Shown here: piece after piece, positions 34,814-47,153 of the stretch
Layout: every line of letters begins with the position of its first letter
Numbering within the stretch: the first letter of the stretch is position 1
Assembly: GCA_023645945.1 (NCBI GenBank)
Contig: JALAIB010000022.1
Location: 1 to 47,153, forward strand
Reading direction: 5' to 3'
DNA length: 47,153 bases
Source: Diploschistes diacapsis
Taxonomy: Eukaryota
Position numbers and translations under genes: made by a program
Notes under the pieces: model-generated
Databases searched by the model: none
What the model was told of the DNA's origin: nothing
Seen by the model: only the letters and a program-made list of their open reading frames with translations

Positions 34814-35296
34814 GACCAGGAGGTGATGCGGGAGAAATCACGAGTGTCTATGGATTGAAGGCTCAATGAAGAGCATCAGAACAAGTTCAACCGATTGAAG
34901 CCTTGACATAGGGCTTCCATGATCATTCAAGGTGAAACTGGAGGATGACGCGGGGCTGTCGCCAAAAGTCAGTGCGGGCTGCAGGCATCTGAGCTTCGTG
35001 GTGGGCAGCAGATAGACATCGCTCTAAACTTTTGTACAGATCTATAAGAAATTTATTTTGTCTATGAAAGATTGAGCTTTGAATCACTGATAAACAGCTG
35101 GACGCGACGTTTTATCATTCTTTCTGAGTTTCAATTTGTGAGTTGCAGTATCAAAATTCCAGAGCCTTCCACAACCTTCGGCACCACTCAGGCTCCAATT
35201 TATTTTGGGTTTTCACCAAAAACTTTCCCATTACCACCTCCGGATTCCCCTACACAGCAAGCGTAGTAGCTCCCACTCATCCCACATTCCCTCAAC

Positions 35297-36080
35297 ATGT
35301 CTTCTCAAACCACGCCTGAAGGTAAGCAAGCACGACATGTCCCAACCACAAATGCCCAATCCCCACTATCTCAGGGCAGCTGAGCAGCTCGGCTAATAAC
35401 CTTCCTCCTCAAGTAACTTGGGCCCAGCGCTCTTCCTCTAGCACCGCGGATAAGAATATAATATTCCTCACCATAGTTGCACCGGACGTGTCGCCCTCGG
35501 AGCTGAAGGTCGACCTGAAACCCAGCTCCATCACCTTCACCGGCCATTCCGAGACCAAGAAGACGACCTACCATGTCGAACTGGAGTTCTATGCTGAGAT
35601 CGACCCAGCTGAAAGCAAGACACACCACTCACCACGCGACGTTGCCTTCGTACTGCGCAAGAAGGAGATGAAGGATGAGTACTGGCCGCGCCTAACGAAG
35701 GCAAGCCAGAAGCTGCACTTCCTCAAGACGGACTTCGACAAGTGGGTGGATGAGGACGAGCAGGATGCTGTTAACGATGATGATGCGATGGCGAATCTAG
35801 GAGGCATGGGCGGCATGGGCGGCATGGGCGGCGGTGATGGAGGGTTTGGGGGAATTGACTTCTCGAAGCTTGGTGGCGGTGCGGGCGGGATGCCTGACAT
35901 GGGTGATCTTGGTGGAGCTGGTGGTGACGAGGTACGTTTTTTGCCTTGAATGTTCGAGGGCTTGACTAACTAGTCATGCAGGATGATGAGGACATGCCTG
36001 ATTTGGAAGACGAGGACACGAAGGAAGAGGCTGATGAGGAGGTCGGCGGATCTTCGAAGCCGAAGATCGAAGAGGTCTAG
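35297..36080 (+). CDS. SBA1: Hsp90 co-chaperone p23 (Sba1/Wos2)
   Basis: Exons 35297-35321, 35414-35931 and 35982-36080. Motifs PEVTWAQRS, YWPRLTK and LKTDFDKWVDEDEQ, a GM-rich tail and C-terminal KPKIEEV. Confidence 0.95.
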
Positions 36081-36528
36081 TAGAGCAATTTCATGTTCAC
36101 CGATAGCATGCAAGCGACACGTACTATTCATGTTTGGTTGGTCTAAGGACCTCTGGCAGTTCATAATAATAAAATACATGAAGTGAAAGTCATGAAAACA
36201 GTGAGTAATCGCCTCTAGACTATCTACTATGAGAAACAAGTCCATTACTCCTGGCCCAATTTGTCGTCACTCGTGATTGCCGAACGCCGTCCTTGCCATA
36301 CCATGACTGGAGGAAATCGAGCTCCTGGGTATCAACTCTGTGGCTTCGCTATGCCGAACGAAAGAAAAGAAATGCTATGAACGTCTGCTGTATAGCGAGG
36401 CCTAGCCAATCCTTGCGCAATGATGAAGCTGAGCGCGACCAAGAGAATGGTTGGTAATCGAGCCGAATCCATCGATGAAAGATGTCGATTTAATATGCAT
36501 CGTCAAAGATGAAGACTTCAACTTTGTT

Positions 36529-37821
36529 CTACAAGAAGTAGTCATTCCTTCGTCCCGTAGCAGCTGGTACGGCGCGCATAGACGAGTCTACGGCAGAAAA
36601 GATGTCGAACTTCGAAACAAGGTCTTCGCCAACGTTCATAATGGAAGCGACGTTCCCGCAGCGATAGCAGTAGTTGGGTGCACTCCATACCGTGACAACA
36701 GACCTGTCATCGAAATGCCACTTGAAACCCTCGTTGACCAGCTGGTGCGCGCGAGCAATGCGTTCAATGCCATTGACATGGTTGAATTCAGTGGCAACCT
36801 TGTCTCCAAATAACCAACCAGCTCCACGTGGACTCACTGCCCAGGTACCAACTTCTTCTGGGTCGCTCCAAACCAGATCACAGAAGGCGCCCTCATGCGG
36901 AATCTCCTGGGCACGAGCGACAACACGAACCTGATCAAGGGTACGAATCTCGGGACTTAGGCCACCGTGTACACAAAGAACTTTCCCATCGACAAGCGCA
37001 CCGAGCGGCAAAAAGTCGAAGACTTGACAGGCCGCTTTCCAAACAGATGCGTTCCCATACTTCTGCTGACATTCCTCATAGAACCCGTAGACTTGGGTGA
37101 TCTGGCGCGACTCATGGTTCCCACGAATAAGTGTTATGCGGTTAGGATAACTAGAAGGATCAATGGATGATATGTGGATATCTTGGGGCTCACCCTACCG
37201 AGCTTTGAGACAAAGCAGCAAGGTTAAAGTCTCGAGACTAAAGTAACCTCTATCGACAAAATCACCCATGAAGATGAAGTTCTGGTTACCAGGCAACCCT
37301 TGATGGCCTTCCTTAGAGTCACCCATCTCGCGTTCGACATTGCGACTGCGTCCGCGCTGCTCCTCTTCAACATCGTCATCTTCGGTCTCGGTTTCGGTAT
37401 CCACGGCACTGCCGACATTGCTGCTCTCACTCTCCTTGCTCTCTTCTACTTTACTTCCCCTCATCTTTTTCTTAAGCTTAGGGTCGGTAATCTCGCTAGG
37501 AGGTTCGATGTCCTCAGCTCTGATACGCGCACGCGACGGATTTTCCGTCTCCGCTGGCTCCTCACCTGGCATCCCGCCAGCAACACGAAAGAGCTCGAGC
37601 AGGTCGTAGAATTGCCCATGAATATCGCCGCAAATTGTAACAGGAGTAGCGACAGGTTGCACATTCGACTCTTCCATCAACAACTCCTTGCAGATCTCAA
37701 ATAGTTGCTTCATCACCATCTCTGGCAAGTATTTGTTCTTCTTCGCTTGATCAAGCCATTCGTCAAGGTCGGCACGCCGACTCAGCTTAGCTGGTCCTGG
37801 CTGAGGAACCTTTGGTGCCAT
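36529..37821 (-). CDS. SIT4: Ser/Thr protein phosphatase, PP6/Sit4 type
   Basis: Exons 37821-37199 and 37150-36529. PPP motifs GDIHGQ, GDFVDRG, GNHE and [12 protein letters not shown]-terminal DYFL, and [17 protein letters not shown]. Confidence 0.9.
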
Positions 37822-38187
37822 GCCTCTTGTTACAGGTAGGCGGCTTAAAGAAGTTTGAGCTCTTGCAAGCTTGTCGTATGCCTTGGCAATGCTGTGGGCG
37901 TTCTTTAGCAGGGAGTACACAAATGGCATTAAGGAAATAAGGTACCGTTCTTTTGCCAAGCTTCCATGCGGGCCACTTCCGCTGTGTTCATCTATGGCAC
38001 TGTTTGCTGACATTCCCCGTTATCTCCGCACCAACTATCTAGGGCAGCGATGTTGTTTCAGTAATGGAATTGTAGACTTCTTCCACAAGAACAGGCCACG
38101 AATGATAGTGGTAGGAGGTGATAAATATCGACTGTGGTGAAGCTGTGGCAAGTCATACACCGCTGAAAGACCCGGATTGTCCAAAAG

Positions 38188-40070
38188 ATGGCAGCACCAG
38201 CACCTGCGCGTCCAATATCAATCAAGTCTAGAGAGGCTGGTAGGGCAGGTGGTGTTCTTCCTGCACCTTCGATATCCGACAAATCACGTACGAATCATTT
38301 AAACGGTACACCAAGCAGATCAAGTGCGCAGAGACTGAAGGTCATTGTCCGGAGACTTGCCCCTGGACTTACTGAAGCGGAATTTTCTACGTTTCTCGGC
38401 GATGAGTGGAAAGCTGGGAACAGTAGGACTGACTGGATTTCTTACCGGCAGGGCAGGATATCAAAAGAGTAAGAGAGGCACACTTGTCCCTAGTCTATGC
38501 TAAGCTGCATAGTCCATCTAAACCATCCAGGCCGTCGAGAGCATATCTGCATCTTACTGCTGAACAGTATCTTGCCCACCTATCAGATAAGGTGCGCAAG
38601 ACATCATTTACAGATGCCAAAGGATCTTCCAATGACTCAGTCCTCCTTGGGCCACCTATCGTTGAATTTGCACCCTACGGCCGCCTACCTACTAACAAGC
38701 CCCGTCGAGACGCTCGACAAGGAACCATAGATCAAGACCAGGAGTTTATAGAGTTCCTTGAAAGCCTTACAAATCCCATACCCAGGGTGGCGAACATCGA
38801 TGTTACGGCAGAGAAAGAAACCAAAGCTGGTGAAGCAAAGATGGTGACTCCTCTAATCCAGTATCTTAAAGACAAGAAAGCAAATAAAAGTAAGGAGCTA
38901 GTCACGCCAAGTAAGCCTTCAAAGCACGGGCGCCAGGAGTCCAAAGATAATAAAAATCCGCCGCCTGAGAAGAAGGCCCCCCCTAAAGGAGGTAAAGACA
39001 ATACTGGCGGTACAACAGAAAAGAGACCCGCGACTCCCGCAAAAACAGAGAAGGCTGCTCGAGAGACACCCAAAGCTACTGACAAGCAGCAAATGGTCCC
39101 TACAAGGCCGATAACTCCTGCCTCCGCATCTAAGACTACTCCTGAGCCAGCTGCTGCTCAAGCTGCCGCTCAAGCAATGGGGTCGCCAGCGGCTAAACCG
39201 GAAAGGCGAAGAGAAAGGGGGAGTGCTAGTGCTGCTGCCAAAATACTACAAAGGGATTTGGGTATTGTCCAGAGCCCGCAGACTCGGCGTAAGAGAGACA
39301 ACACCCCCAGTGCCGGCGTAGCCTCTTCTGCATTACCTCAAGCAAACTCTGTTACCGCAACTGAGGGCATCTCCGCCAACGCCCCCCCCGCTCAGATGGC
39401 ATTGATGACCCCTAGTCCATCAGGCGCAGCACCGGCTCCCTACCAACCACCGACGGCGCCGGCAGCTGCGAGGAACCAAGCCAAAGCGAGTTCAAGCCAG
39501 ACCATCCACGCTCAAGCTAAGCCGTCTCCGCCAATTGCGCCAAAAAGTGGGCCTCCAGCATCTATTACCCCAGGAGCTACACAAGCTTTTCTCAAGCATG
39601 CAAATCCATCTCAGGGTGTTACAGAATCTCTGCTAGAAGAAGCGTTTGCTCCGTTCGGCATGGTTCAAAGGGTTGAGATTGACAAGAAGAAAGGATTTGC
39701 CTACGTTGACTTTGCTGACTCCGACGGCCTCCAGAAAGCCATTGCTGCGAGCCCAGTCATGGTTGGGCAAGGACAAGTGGTTGTGCTTGAGAGGAAGACT
39801 GGGGCTTCTCTGCACAACCGGAACGCCCGTGGCGGTGGGGCGGTGCCCGCTGTCAGAGGTGGAGTTACACCACCAGCTGCCAAAGGGTCCAGAGGGGGAA
39901 GTGTTCGTGGTAGGGGTGGACGCTCTCAGCAAAGTGTTTCGAAGGCTACAGCGAATCCAGCACCTGCTCCTGCTTCGACAGCACAATCAGATGGCGCGGC
40001 TGCGCAAACTCCAATGAAGCCTAGACCTACGGCTGCAGAAACAAGACCGGCATCAAAACCACCATGTTAA
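38188..40070 (+). CDS. UPF3: Nonsense-mediated decay factor Upf3 (Smg4/UPF3 domain plus C-terminal RRM)
   Basis: Exons 38188-38468 and 38513-40070. Motifs RLKVIVRRLAPGLTEAEF, KDPSKPSRPSRAYL, PIVEFAPY and DARQGTIDQDQEFIEFLESL, with a C-terminal RRM AFLKHANPSQGVTE...KKGFAYVDF. Confidence 0.9.
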
Positions 40071-40650
40071 AGGTCCGACCAGATTTTTGGGACTTTTATT
40101 GTTAAACCCTGCTTATAATCCTCTTAGCAGCCTATGAATAAGATGTTCCGTTAGAAATCAGTGTCCTTCTCATCACTCGTCTTTTCCCCATCCTTTTGTG
40201 TGTATTGACGCATTTTGATCTGGACCATTCATGGTTACCGGACATATATGCCTGCCCTACTTGCAGTAAGCGGAGTCATCCTTACCCATGAGCGTCTGAA
40301 AATCTTCCGGCTCAAGCCATGGAGCTTGAAGTTTGACCAGCTATTCAAGATTAGAAAAGAGTTTGCTGGAGCCCGTAACATTCTTATTGCGCAGATAAGA
40401 CTTTGCAGAGACGAGAAGTGAGCTTACAGGTGACTTCTTGATTGTTCCGTTAGACATAGGGTATGGACACTTTATTAACCCTTCAAAAACAAAACTGTTC
40501 TATCTAAGGACATTGTACAAATCCTTTCCCCACTTGCTTTATCGCTTTGCAATAATGCGTGTCCATGCATCTCCAGATTATCTGTATCTGCCATTAACAA
40601 CTTTATCCAAGGATACTGAAATTCTTCGCCACAACATTATCATTCTAATT

Positions 40651-41714
40651 ATGGCAGCTGCTCAAGCGGTTAAGGAAAAGCTCGATAATACAGGCGAACT
40701 AATATCATGCGGAAACCGCCAAATTCTTTGTTCCTCGAAGGTCATATCACTTGCTTCGCCAGTTTTCGATGCTCTTGAGGCTAGGATCTCGTGAAGGCGA
40801 TGTTCCAAGAAGTACCAAACGTCCACTTGAGCTATCCTTCAACGAAGATGACCTGGGAAAGCCTTCTCACCTCGCTCTCACATTCATTATTCGACTGCAG
40901 AGCTCCCAACAAATCCTACAGAACTCCGAGACGTCCAGCGTCCTAGTGGTTTTGTGGATCTTGCGTACAAATACTCTTGTGTGCACACCGTATCTGATTC
41001 AAGCAACATTGTGCTAGCAGAACTATTGAAGAAGAGTCTCAAAGTTCCCGCTCTCAACTTTGCTGCAAGATGTGCCTGGAAGTTGAACCTGTCAAACCAC
41101 TTTCTTTCAAGCACGACCCATATTGTCAACAAATATACTCTGCAGGACATTGCTGCGATTCAAAGCGCACTTTTGAGACGTCTGTACTTTGACTTTCTGC
41201 TTCCCTTGCCTACGCCAACGATATTTTGACAGGACTGCTACGTCTCAAGGCTCTCAACCCAATTACCGACATAGTCAACAGGAGCTGCGGTTTCCTCAAA
41301 ACTTTAGAGACGAAGTGTACGGGGACTCGAGTGGCCGTTTGTACGATCCGTTGTGGCGAGCTAGTGCCACACAAAGATGCAGATCAAATCTGTCATTGTA
41401 GGAAACGGAAAGAGACACGTGGGGGAAAGATCGTCATGTGTAGCGGAGGGAGCCGCACCCTCAAGCACTTGGATATCTTGGAATCACTATTGACCTGGTT
41501 TTGGAGGGATATGCTCAATCGATCTTTAGAGTCTTCATGGAAGCCAGCTACCGTAGCGACCCTGAACGAAGATCTTGGCCATTGGTGCCCTCGTGGAACT
41601 GACTGTCCTTTGCTGCAAGCCTCTCGAAAGTTGCTTATTCAGTTGGTCCAAGCCTACGATGCAGTCACGCGGATTGAGCTGGACGGATGCAAAGCGTACA
41701 ATGGAAGAAGCTGA
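40651..41714 (+). pseudogene. BTB/POZ-domain protein pseudogene (paralog of the next gene)
   Basis: CGNRQILCSSKVISLASPVFDAL, then a frameshift (~40778) to RLGSREGDVPRSTKRPLELSFNEDD, and later DLAYKYSC. The coding sequence is split across several frames. Confidence 0.72.
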
Positions 41715-42423
41715 CGCGGGGTGGTACCATGATCTTGATGATTGAGGAAAGCCAGTATGGTGGTGGAAGTCGCAACTGCAAACATGTGTATCGATCAAGC
41801 TTGCAAATAGGGTTACTTTGTGTGCAAAGTAATGAGATGGAAAATCCCTAAGCATGGACAGAAACACTGGTGGCTGTGAGTTATGCTGACATCAGGTTTG
41901 TGATGTGTGATTGTTACGCCTTGTCAAATGCGTCCTTAACGCAGCCTCCTGCCCCTTTTTACCTTGTTGTGCATATATAATGAAAAGCTTATGCCTGCCG
42001 TGAGGCCAACCCTGAGCTTCAGCTCCTTCATTGAGGCTCCGTCAGTAACTGTAGGTAAGTTCAATATCTTAGAGTTTCGAGCTTGCATTAACGCTTTCCA
42101 CGCTGATCTTGTATACAAGCCGCTTCTTGATCGTAGGCAAAACAGTGGAGAAATTCCTCAAGCCGTCCGAGACTACAAAGCCATAAGTGTTTGAGAGTAC
42201 CCCATGAACACTGTTGAGCTAACACTACCCTCACCTTGAGCACTAACCAGAGACTACATATAACAATTGGCAAGTCTTAACGTATCTGTTGCGGCGTCCA
42301 CAGTCTTTGGCCTTCAACTCTAACTACTATTTAAGGTCATCCAATCGCCCTTCACGCCCAGCTTCTTTTCCACCCTCATCTCAGCTGAGAGTTCACATTC
42401 ATCAACCATCAACTACCAGAATT

Positions 42424-43488
42424 ATGGAATTCGAAGTCGAAGCTCCCACCAATAGTGTTGACATGGCTTCGGACGACATTGAGATCTTTGCAGGAGGCGA
42501 TGTCGTTGTTACATGCGGCAGTCGTCGTATGCTGGTCTCGTCCCATACCCTGTCAAACAGTTCCCCTACACTTCAAGCACTTCTCAGGCCTGGCTTTCGC
42601 GAGGGCAATTTCGAACGAAGCGCCGCTTCTCCCCTACCCCTGGATCTCCCGGAGGACAACGAAGTCGCCATGGAGATGCTGTTGAAGCTCATGCACTTTT
42701 CTCCAGACGTTTGCTCTGGTAGTCGCGATACAGGGAAGGAGCAAAACCCTTATGGCCGGCTGAGGCAACTGGCCATTCTCGCAGACAAATATTGCTGCAC
42801 ACCTGTTGTTTATCATCTATGCGACACCTGGATGAATTCGTTGGCGGCTGTTGATAATACCATGCAGGAATTGGACGATTTGACGCACGTGGCGTTTTTG
42901 ACACGGAATGACCAGAGATTCTCGACTTTCGTGACGCGAATGCTATCTTTTCGTGAGAGCTCAGATCTCCAACATGTTTCGTCCCTTTGTCTGCGGGGTA
43001 AGAATACCAAGCACTCTTACTACGAGAAGTTAACATTGATGGCTAGCATTGTTGTGCGAGAGAAAGTTGGCTCTGGTCGAACTATGCGAAAAGTTGGTCA
43101 AGGCAGTTGAGCGCGGGTTGAAGAGTATCGAAGAAAGCCACGACGAATCACACTTGAGAGCTGATAGAGCTGATTGGGGGTGACTAAATGTCGTGGAGAA
43201 TTGCGTACAGCTGAGTACAAGGCTATGTTGGACGAGTCTTCCCTAACTACCGAATCGATCCGTGCTCGAGGGCCTCTGGAGCAGGTGGGTGACAAAAGTT
43301 GCTTCAAGCGCCTAAGCAGGGTCCTTCATCGTCCGGTGGGTACCTGCTTCTCGAGTTCTGCGTGTGTGCTCTCCGGGATCAGTGATCAGCTGAAGAAAGA
43401 TATCGCATTTAGCGATCATATCAAAACAACGGTCACTTTGCAGGAATTCCAAGCACTTCTCGCCAATAGAAGCGGCTCCGAATGGTAA
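42424..43488 (+). CDS. BTB/POZ-domain protein, possibly frameshifted near 43160-43180
   Basis: GDVVVTCGSRRMLVSSHTLSNSSPTLQALLRPGFREG...LDLPEDNEVAMEMLLKLMH...LAILADKYCC. Intron at 42998-43046. The spliced frame stops at TGA 43181, while a Cys-containing tail continues in another frame to 43488. Confidence 0.75.
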
Positions 43489-46400
43489 ATTCAAAACCAT
43501 ATCCTCGCCAAATTCGCCATCAATATCTGAGACGTCCTAACAATTCAACTAACCGAACTCTTAACAATCGTGCGAACGTTAGCCAAGCAAGGCTGCTTTA
43601 AAGGCTATAGTCCGGGCAGTTTCGGTGTCAAAAGCCATGGTCGTTAGGATAGAAAAGCAGCCTCGGATGAATCGTGTCTCTTGGCGAGTCATTCGTAGAA
43701 GACATTCTTGATAAGCAGTTCTAAGGAAAGACGCACACAGCCGCAGAGGCCTCAGGTTCATCCGAACCATTCAAATGTTTATTTTATGAACACCTTCAAT
43801 AGATTGAAAAGCTTGCTAGACTTGCCCTATTTACTGCAGAGGTAAGAATCGTTTGACAGAGTTTTTTTCTTCAACAACATTAAAACCTCAACCCCCCTTC
43901 CAACTCTAAGCCGTCAGTCATTCTTGGCCCAAGGCTGCCTCCCTTCGTAGCTAGCTACGATGTATTCAAGTATCGGCGTGTCACCCTCCTTGAAGCTATG
44001 AAAGCGTGCCAACAACTCGTTGTAGGACATCCTTGGCTATAAGATTCTCGTAAGCAGCACGAGAGCACCCTATCGTTCACTCAACTTGACTGCATGTCCC
44101 TTAGCTATATGCTATATAGTAAGAACAAGCAGGCTCATCTTGGACTTGAACATATGTTTTCATGAGAGTGCAATTGGTCCCTCGGCTACGTTTCCTCCTC
44201 GAATTTTGAAAACGTCGACTATCAGGTTCTTGAAAATGATTGATGAGCCTACAGTCTCAGCTTATGTGTGCGCCAACAGTTTCATGGTCGACACTTCTGG
44301 ACGTTGGAGAAATACTCTTCAATGATACGATAGACCCAAAAACCTTGGCCTAGTACGAGTTCCTTCTCACTTTAAGTTTGTTCTTTTCCATACAAAGCAG
44401 ATAAGGTCAGCTTCTTCGATTCACGATGTTGTGACTTGGAGGAATAAACATCCTCTCCCATCACTTTCTCTGCATCTTCAAACTCTTCTCTTACTGCTCC
44501 CTATCGCAGCCTTCTTCAAGCTGCTCAAGGATGCCCTTGCAGTCTCTTCTTAGAAGAGTCTTGCACAGCGGGAAGATTGATGCACAAGAGCCAACACTAT
44601 GGAGACCATGAAGATTGATGCAGAAGGCGACTCTCGGAGGATAATGGGCCAGCCCTGGGGACGCTGCTCAAAGTCATGCATGATTTCTTCGTCGATACCT
44701 TCCCCCGCTAGATGTGCTAGCTCATATCTGCACTCTAAAGAAAGATAGTGTAGGAGATACAAGCACGTCACTACCGAGACACTGCTCAAAGGGGGCCAAG
44801 AGGCTCGAGAGAATTTTTCAAATCTCTGTCCAAAAGGTTACAGTAATGAAGCAAGTCGTGATACTCAAGCCAGCAAAAAGGACAGGGCTCCCAAAAGCCG
44901 TCCTGGGAAGCATCGAGCGTCTATAGGATTGCGAAGATAAAAGCTACACAAGGCCAGGAAAAAAGTAGTAGCTTTTTGTGACCATAGGGTCCCGGGTGCA
45001 AAATACACATGAACAAGTTGAAAAATCTGCGTACTTAAACCACGCAGGCCGTGCGCTTCATGGAGCATTCCTGGACACATCAACTACGGGGAAGCTTGTT
45101 GGCACGAAAAGGTCGCAAAATTGCCGACGTCAGATCTGAGTTGGGAGGCAGAGCTCTGTGAAGGAGTTGTTGCCGCTGGAAGACTTTGAGGCGTTGTGAA
45201 GCAGAACAGGGGCAGCTTGTGGAGATAAGGGTTCAATAATAGAGGACAGGATCAGCTAGACAGGGGCACACTGGGGGGGGGTCTTTCTTCTCGCAATCTG
45301 TACTTGGTACGACTTCTTTGGTAGGTGCCTATATATTTCCCTCCCTCCCTGCCTGCCTGCCAGTAAACATTCGTTCAACACGAACAAGCCATGGTCGGTA
45401 GAAACTTCCATCAGAAGATGTATACAGCAACTGATGGATAAGAGAAGAGTTGGGGGACTTTTTTTCGATCCATGGGGGGTGGCGCAATTCTTGGGGGCTT
45501 GGAAGATGGCGCGACGATGGCTCAATAATAATGGCGCAATGACACGCGAGGAGGGCGAAGTTTGTTTGTTTGTTGGCGGGGGGTGGTAGAACTTTCCCCC
45601 GTCAGCAGCCTCGCTTATGATTCCCCATTGCGCTTTCAACCTTTGGGGACCGGGAGCTGAAGGCTGAAGGTGAAGGGGGCAAACTTGGCCAGCTGAAAAA
45701 AAGCCGGCTGGAGTTTTATAAAAGTAGCCTAGCCCTATAGGCGGCCCCATATTAATGAGGGTGTCGCTGGGGAGAGGGGGTGGGGAAAAGAAGGGCTTGG
45801 AGAAAAAGGAAGAGGGCAAGAGGACTGGATCGCTTGTATCAGGGTAGATTACGATTGGCTTTCCTGCAATTTTTCTAAGTTCAAAAAAAAAAAAAAGCAA
45901 AAAAGCTATTTCGATCAATCGCTGGAGGGGCCTCGAACGCTTCCCTCGAACCGGTTTGGTGCAAGCTATGAAAGGCAAGCCGACATGATGAGATTCCACG
46001 CCTCCATTGTTTATTCAGCACTTTGCCTCGCGGTATCTTTCCGAAAGCAGCAATGTAACTCGGTAAAGCCATCGAAGATGTGTTTTTCTCCTCGAGATAA
46101 CTCCCCCGGACCACATCTCGCCTCGGTAAGGTCGCGATGAGGCTCGGGGCTTTCGCTTCATGTCTTCCAGCATCCCCGCTGCGCATGCCATGCCGTCTGG
46201 AAAGAAGGATGGGGGCTGTTGCTGGCCAGTGCCTGGATCCCGGTCGATAACACAATTAATTGTTGTGGCAGCTGGGGACTTGCCGGGATATGCCGTGTGT
46301 TGCGTGGGGCCCCGTACATGCCAAGGTGCCTTTTGATCGAACATGGGCTTTGCTGCCAAGCCAAAGCATATATGGTTGTGCGATAGAGGCCTTGGATTTA

Positions 46401-47153
46401 TGAAACCTCTGGTGTGCCATTTGGCGGTGTCCGCAAGTGCTTAGTGCTTCTTTCTCACGTCTTCCAACGCCACGCAGCAACGAGACAGTCAGGCATGACA
46501 GACAAGTATACGCCTACAATACGGCATGGAATGGTCTCGGACCAGAAGCAAAAACCGCACAAGCCTTTTGTTGCCCTTTTTGTGCGACAGTGCCGCCTCC
46601 TGGTTCATCGGGCAAAGCCGCACGCATGCAAGCAATCGCGGTAGATGGTCTCGCTCGTACGATGGGAAGGAGGGGGCGGCGGGTGGAGCCTTTCAATGCC
46701 TTCTGTATCGATCCGCCCCAGCAATCAGTATCGGCTTTTCCGTATGCGCCTCCCACTCGATACCCGTGCCCGTATTCGGGTATGCATGTATTCTATCTGA
46801 CTTCCATATTAGAGTTGCGCATTCCACAAGAACTGGGGGGAGTTCGAGCGATGGGGAGCGACTGCGTAGCTGCAGCCAAGCAAGACCTGATAGCTGCACA
46901 TAGATAGATGGTATGGATACAATCTTCAATTCATGGCTGCAATGCTGAGTTGAGTGCTGGTGCAATAATAATGGCAGCTTTTGGAAGTTCTCATATGCCG
47001 TTCCCGTCGACCCTGTGCCAAATGCGGTACGGGGACGGGGAGGGCTGTAGGGCCAGAAGTAGAGTTGCTAGAAGGGAATGGAAGCTTTTGGCACGTGGGC
47101 TAATAAATAATAACACTTGATTGCGAAAGTGAGTGGCGTGCGGGGGCTTTAAG

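Noticed and set aside
37822..38013. N-terminal extension of the Sit4 ORF in the track
   Set aside because: Similarity starts at MAPKVPQPG (37821). The extension lies in the divergent SIT4/UPF3 promoter or UTR.
45256..45999. 247-aa minus-strand ORF
   Set aside because: It crosses poly-A/G/C tracts and gives low-complexity Pro/Phe-rich text with no motif, so it looks like promoter or intergenic DNA.

Overview
Intron-containing DNA from a filamentous ascomycete (Pezizomycotina; short GT-AG introns with CTAAC/CTGAC branch sites). The left part holds one conserved hypothetical gene (3256-4470, -) and an ORF-poor stretch. From about 10.36 to 25.96 kb lies what looks like a derelict Starship-type giant transposon, bounded by two (TA)n tracts. 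It contains a spliced, frameshifted and truncated DUF3435 tyrosine-recombinase ('captain') gene that the ORF track misses. This runs directly into a 5'-truncated, heavily pseudogenised NRPS ([C]-A-T-C-A-T-E-C-A-T-TE), followed by an intact APH-like kinase and a 182-bp MITE-like element. Next is an intact secreted polyprotein gene with many Kex2/Ste13-type processing sites (27093-28399). After it comes a housekeeping block: YRA1/ALYREF with a 976-nt intron, a hypothetical gene, VPS24, SBA1/p23, SIT4 and UPF3. Two tandem decaying BTB/POZ paralogs and non-coding DNA end the window. All family calls come from motif recognition by eye; no database searches were run.
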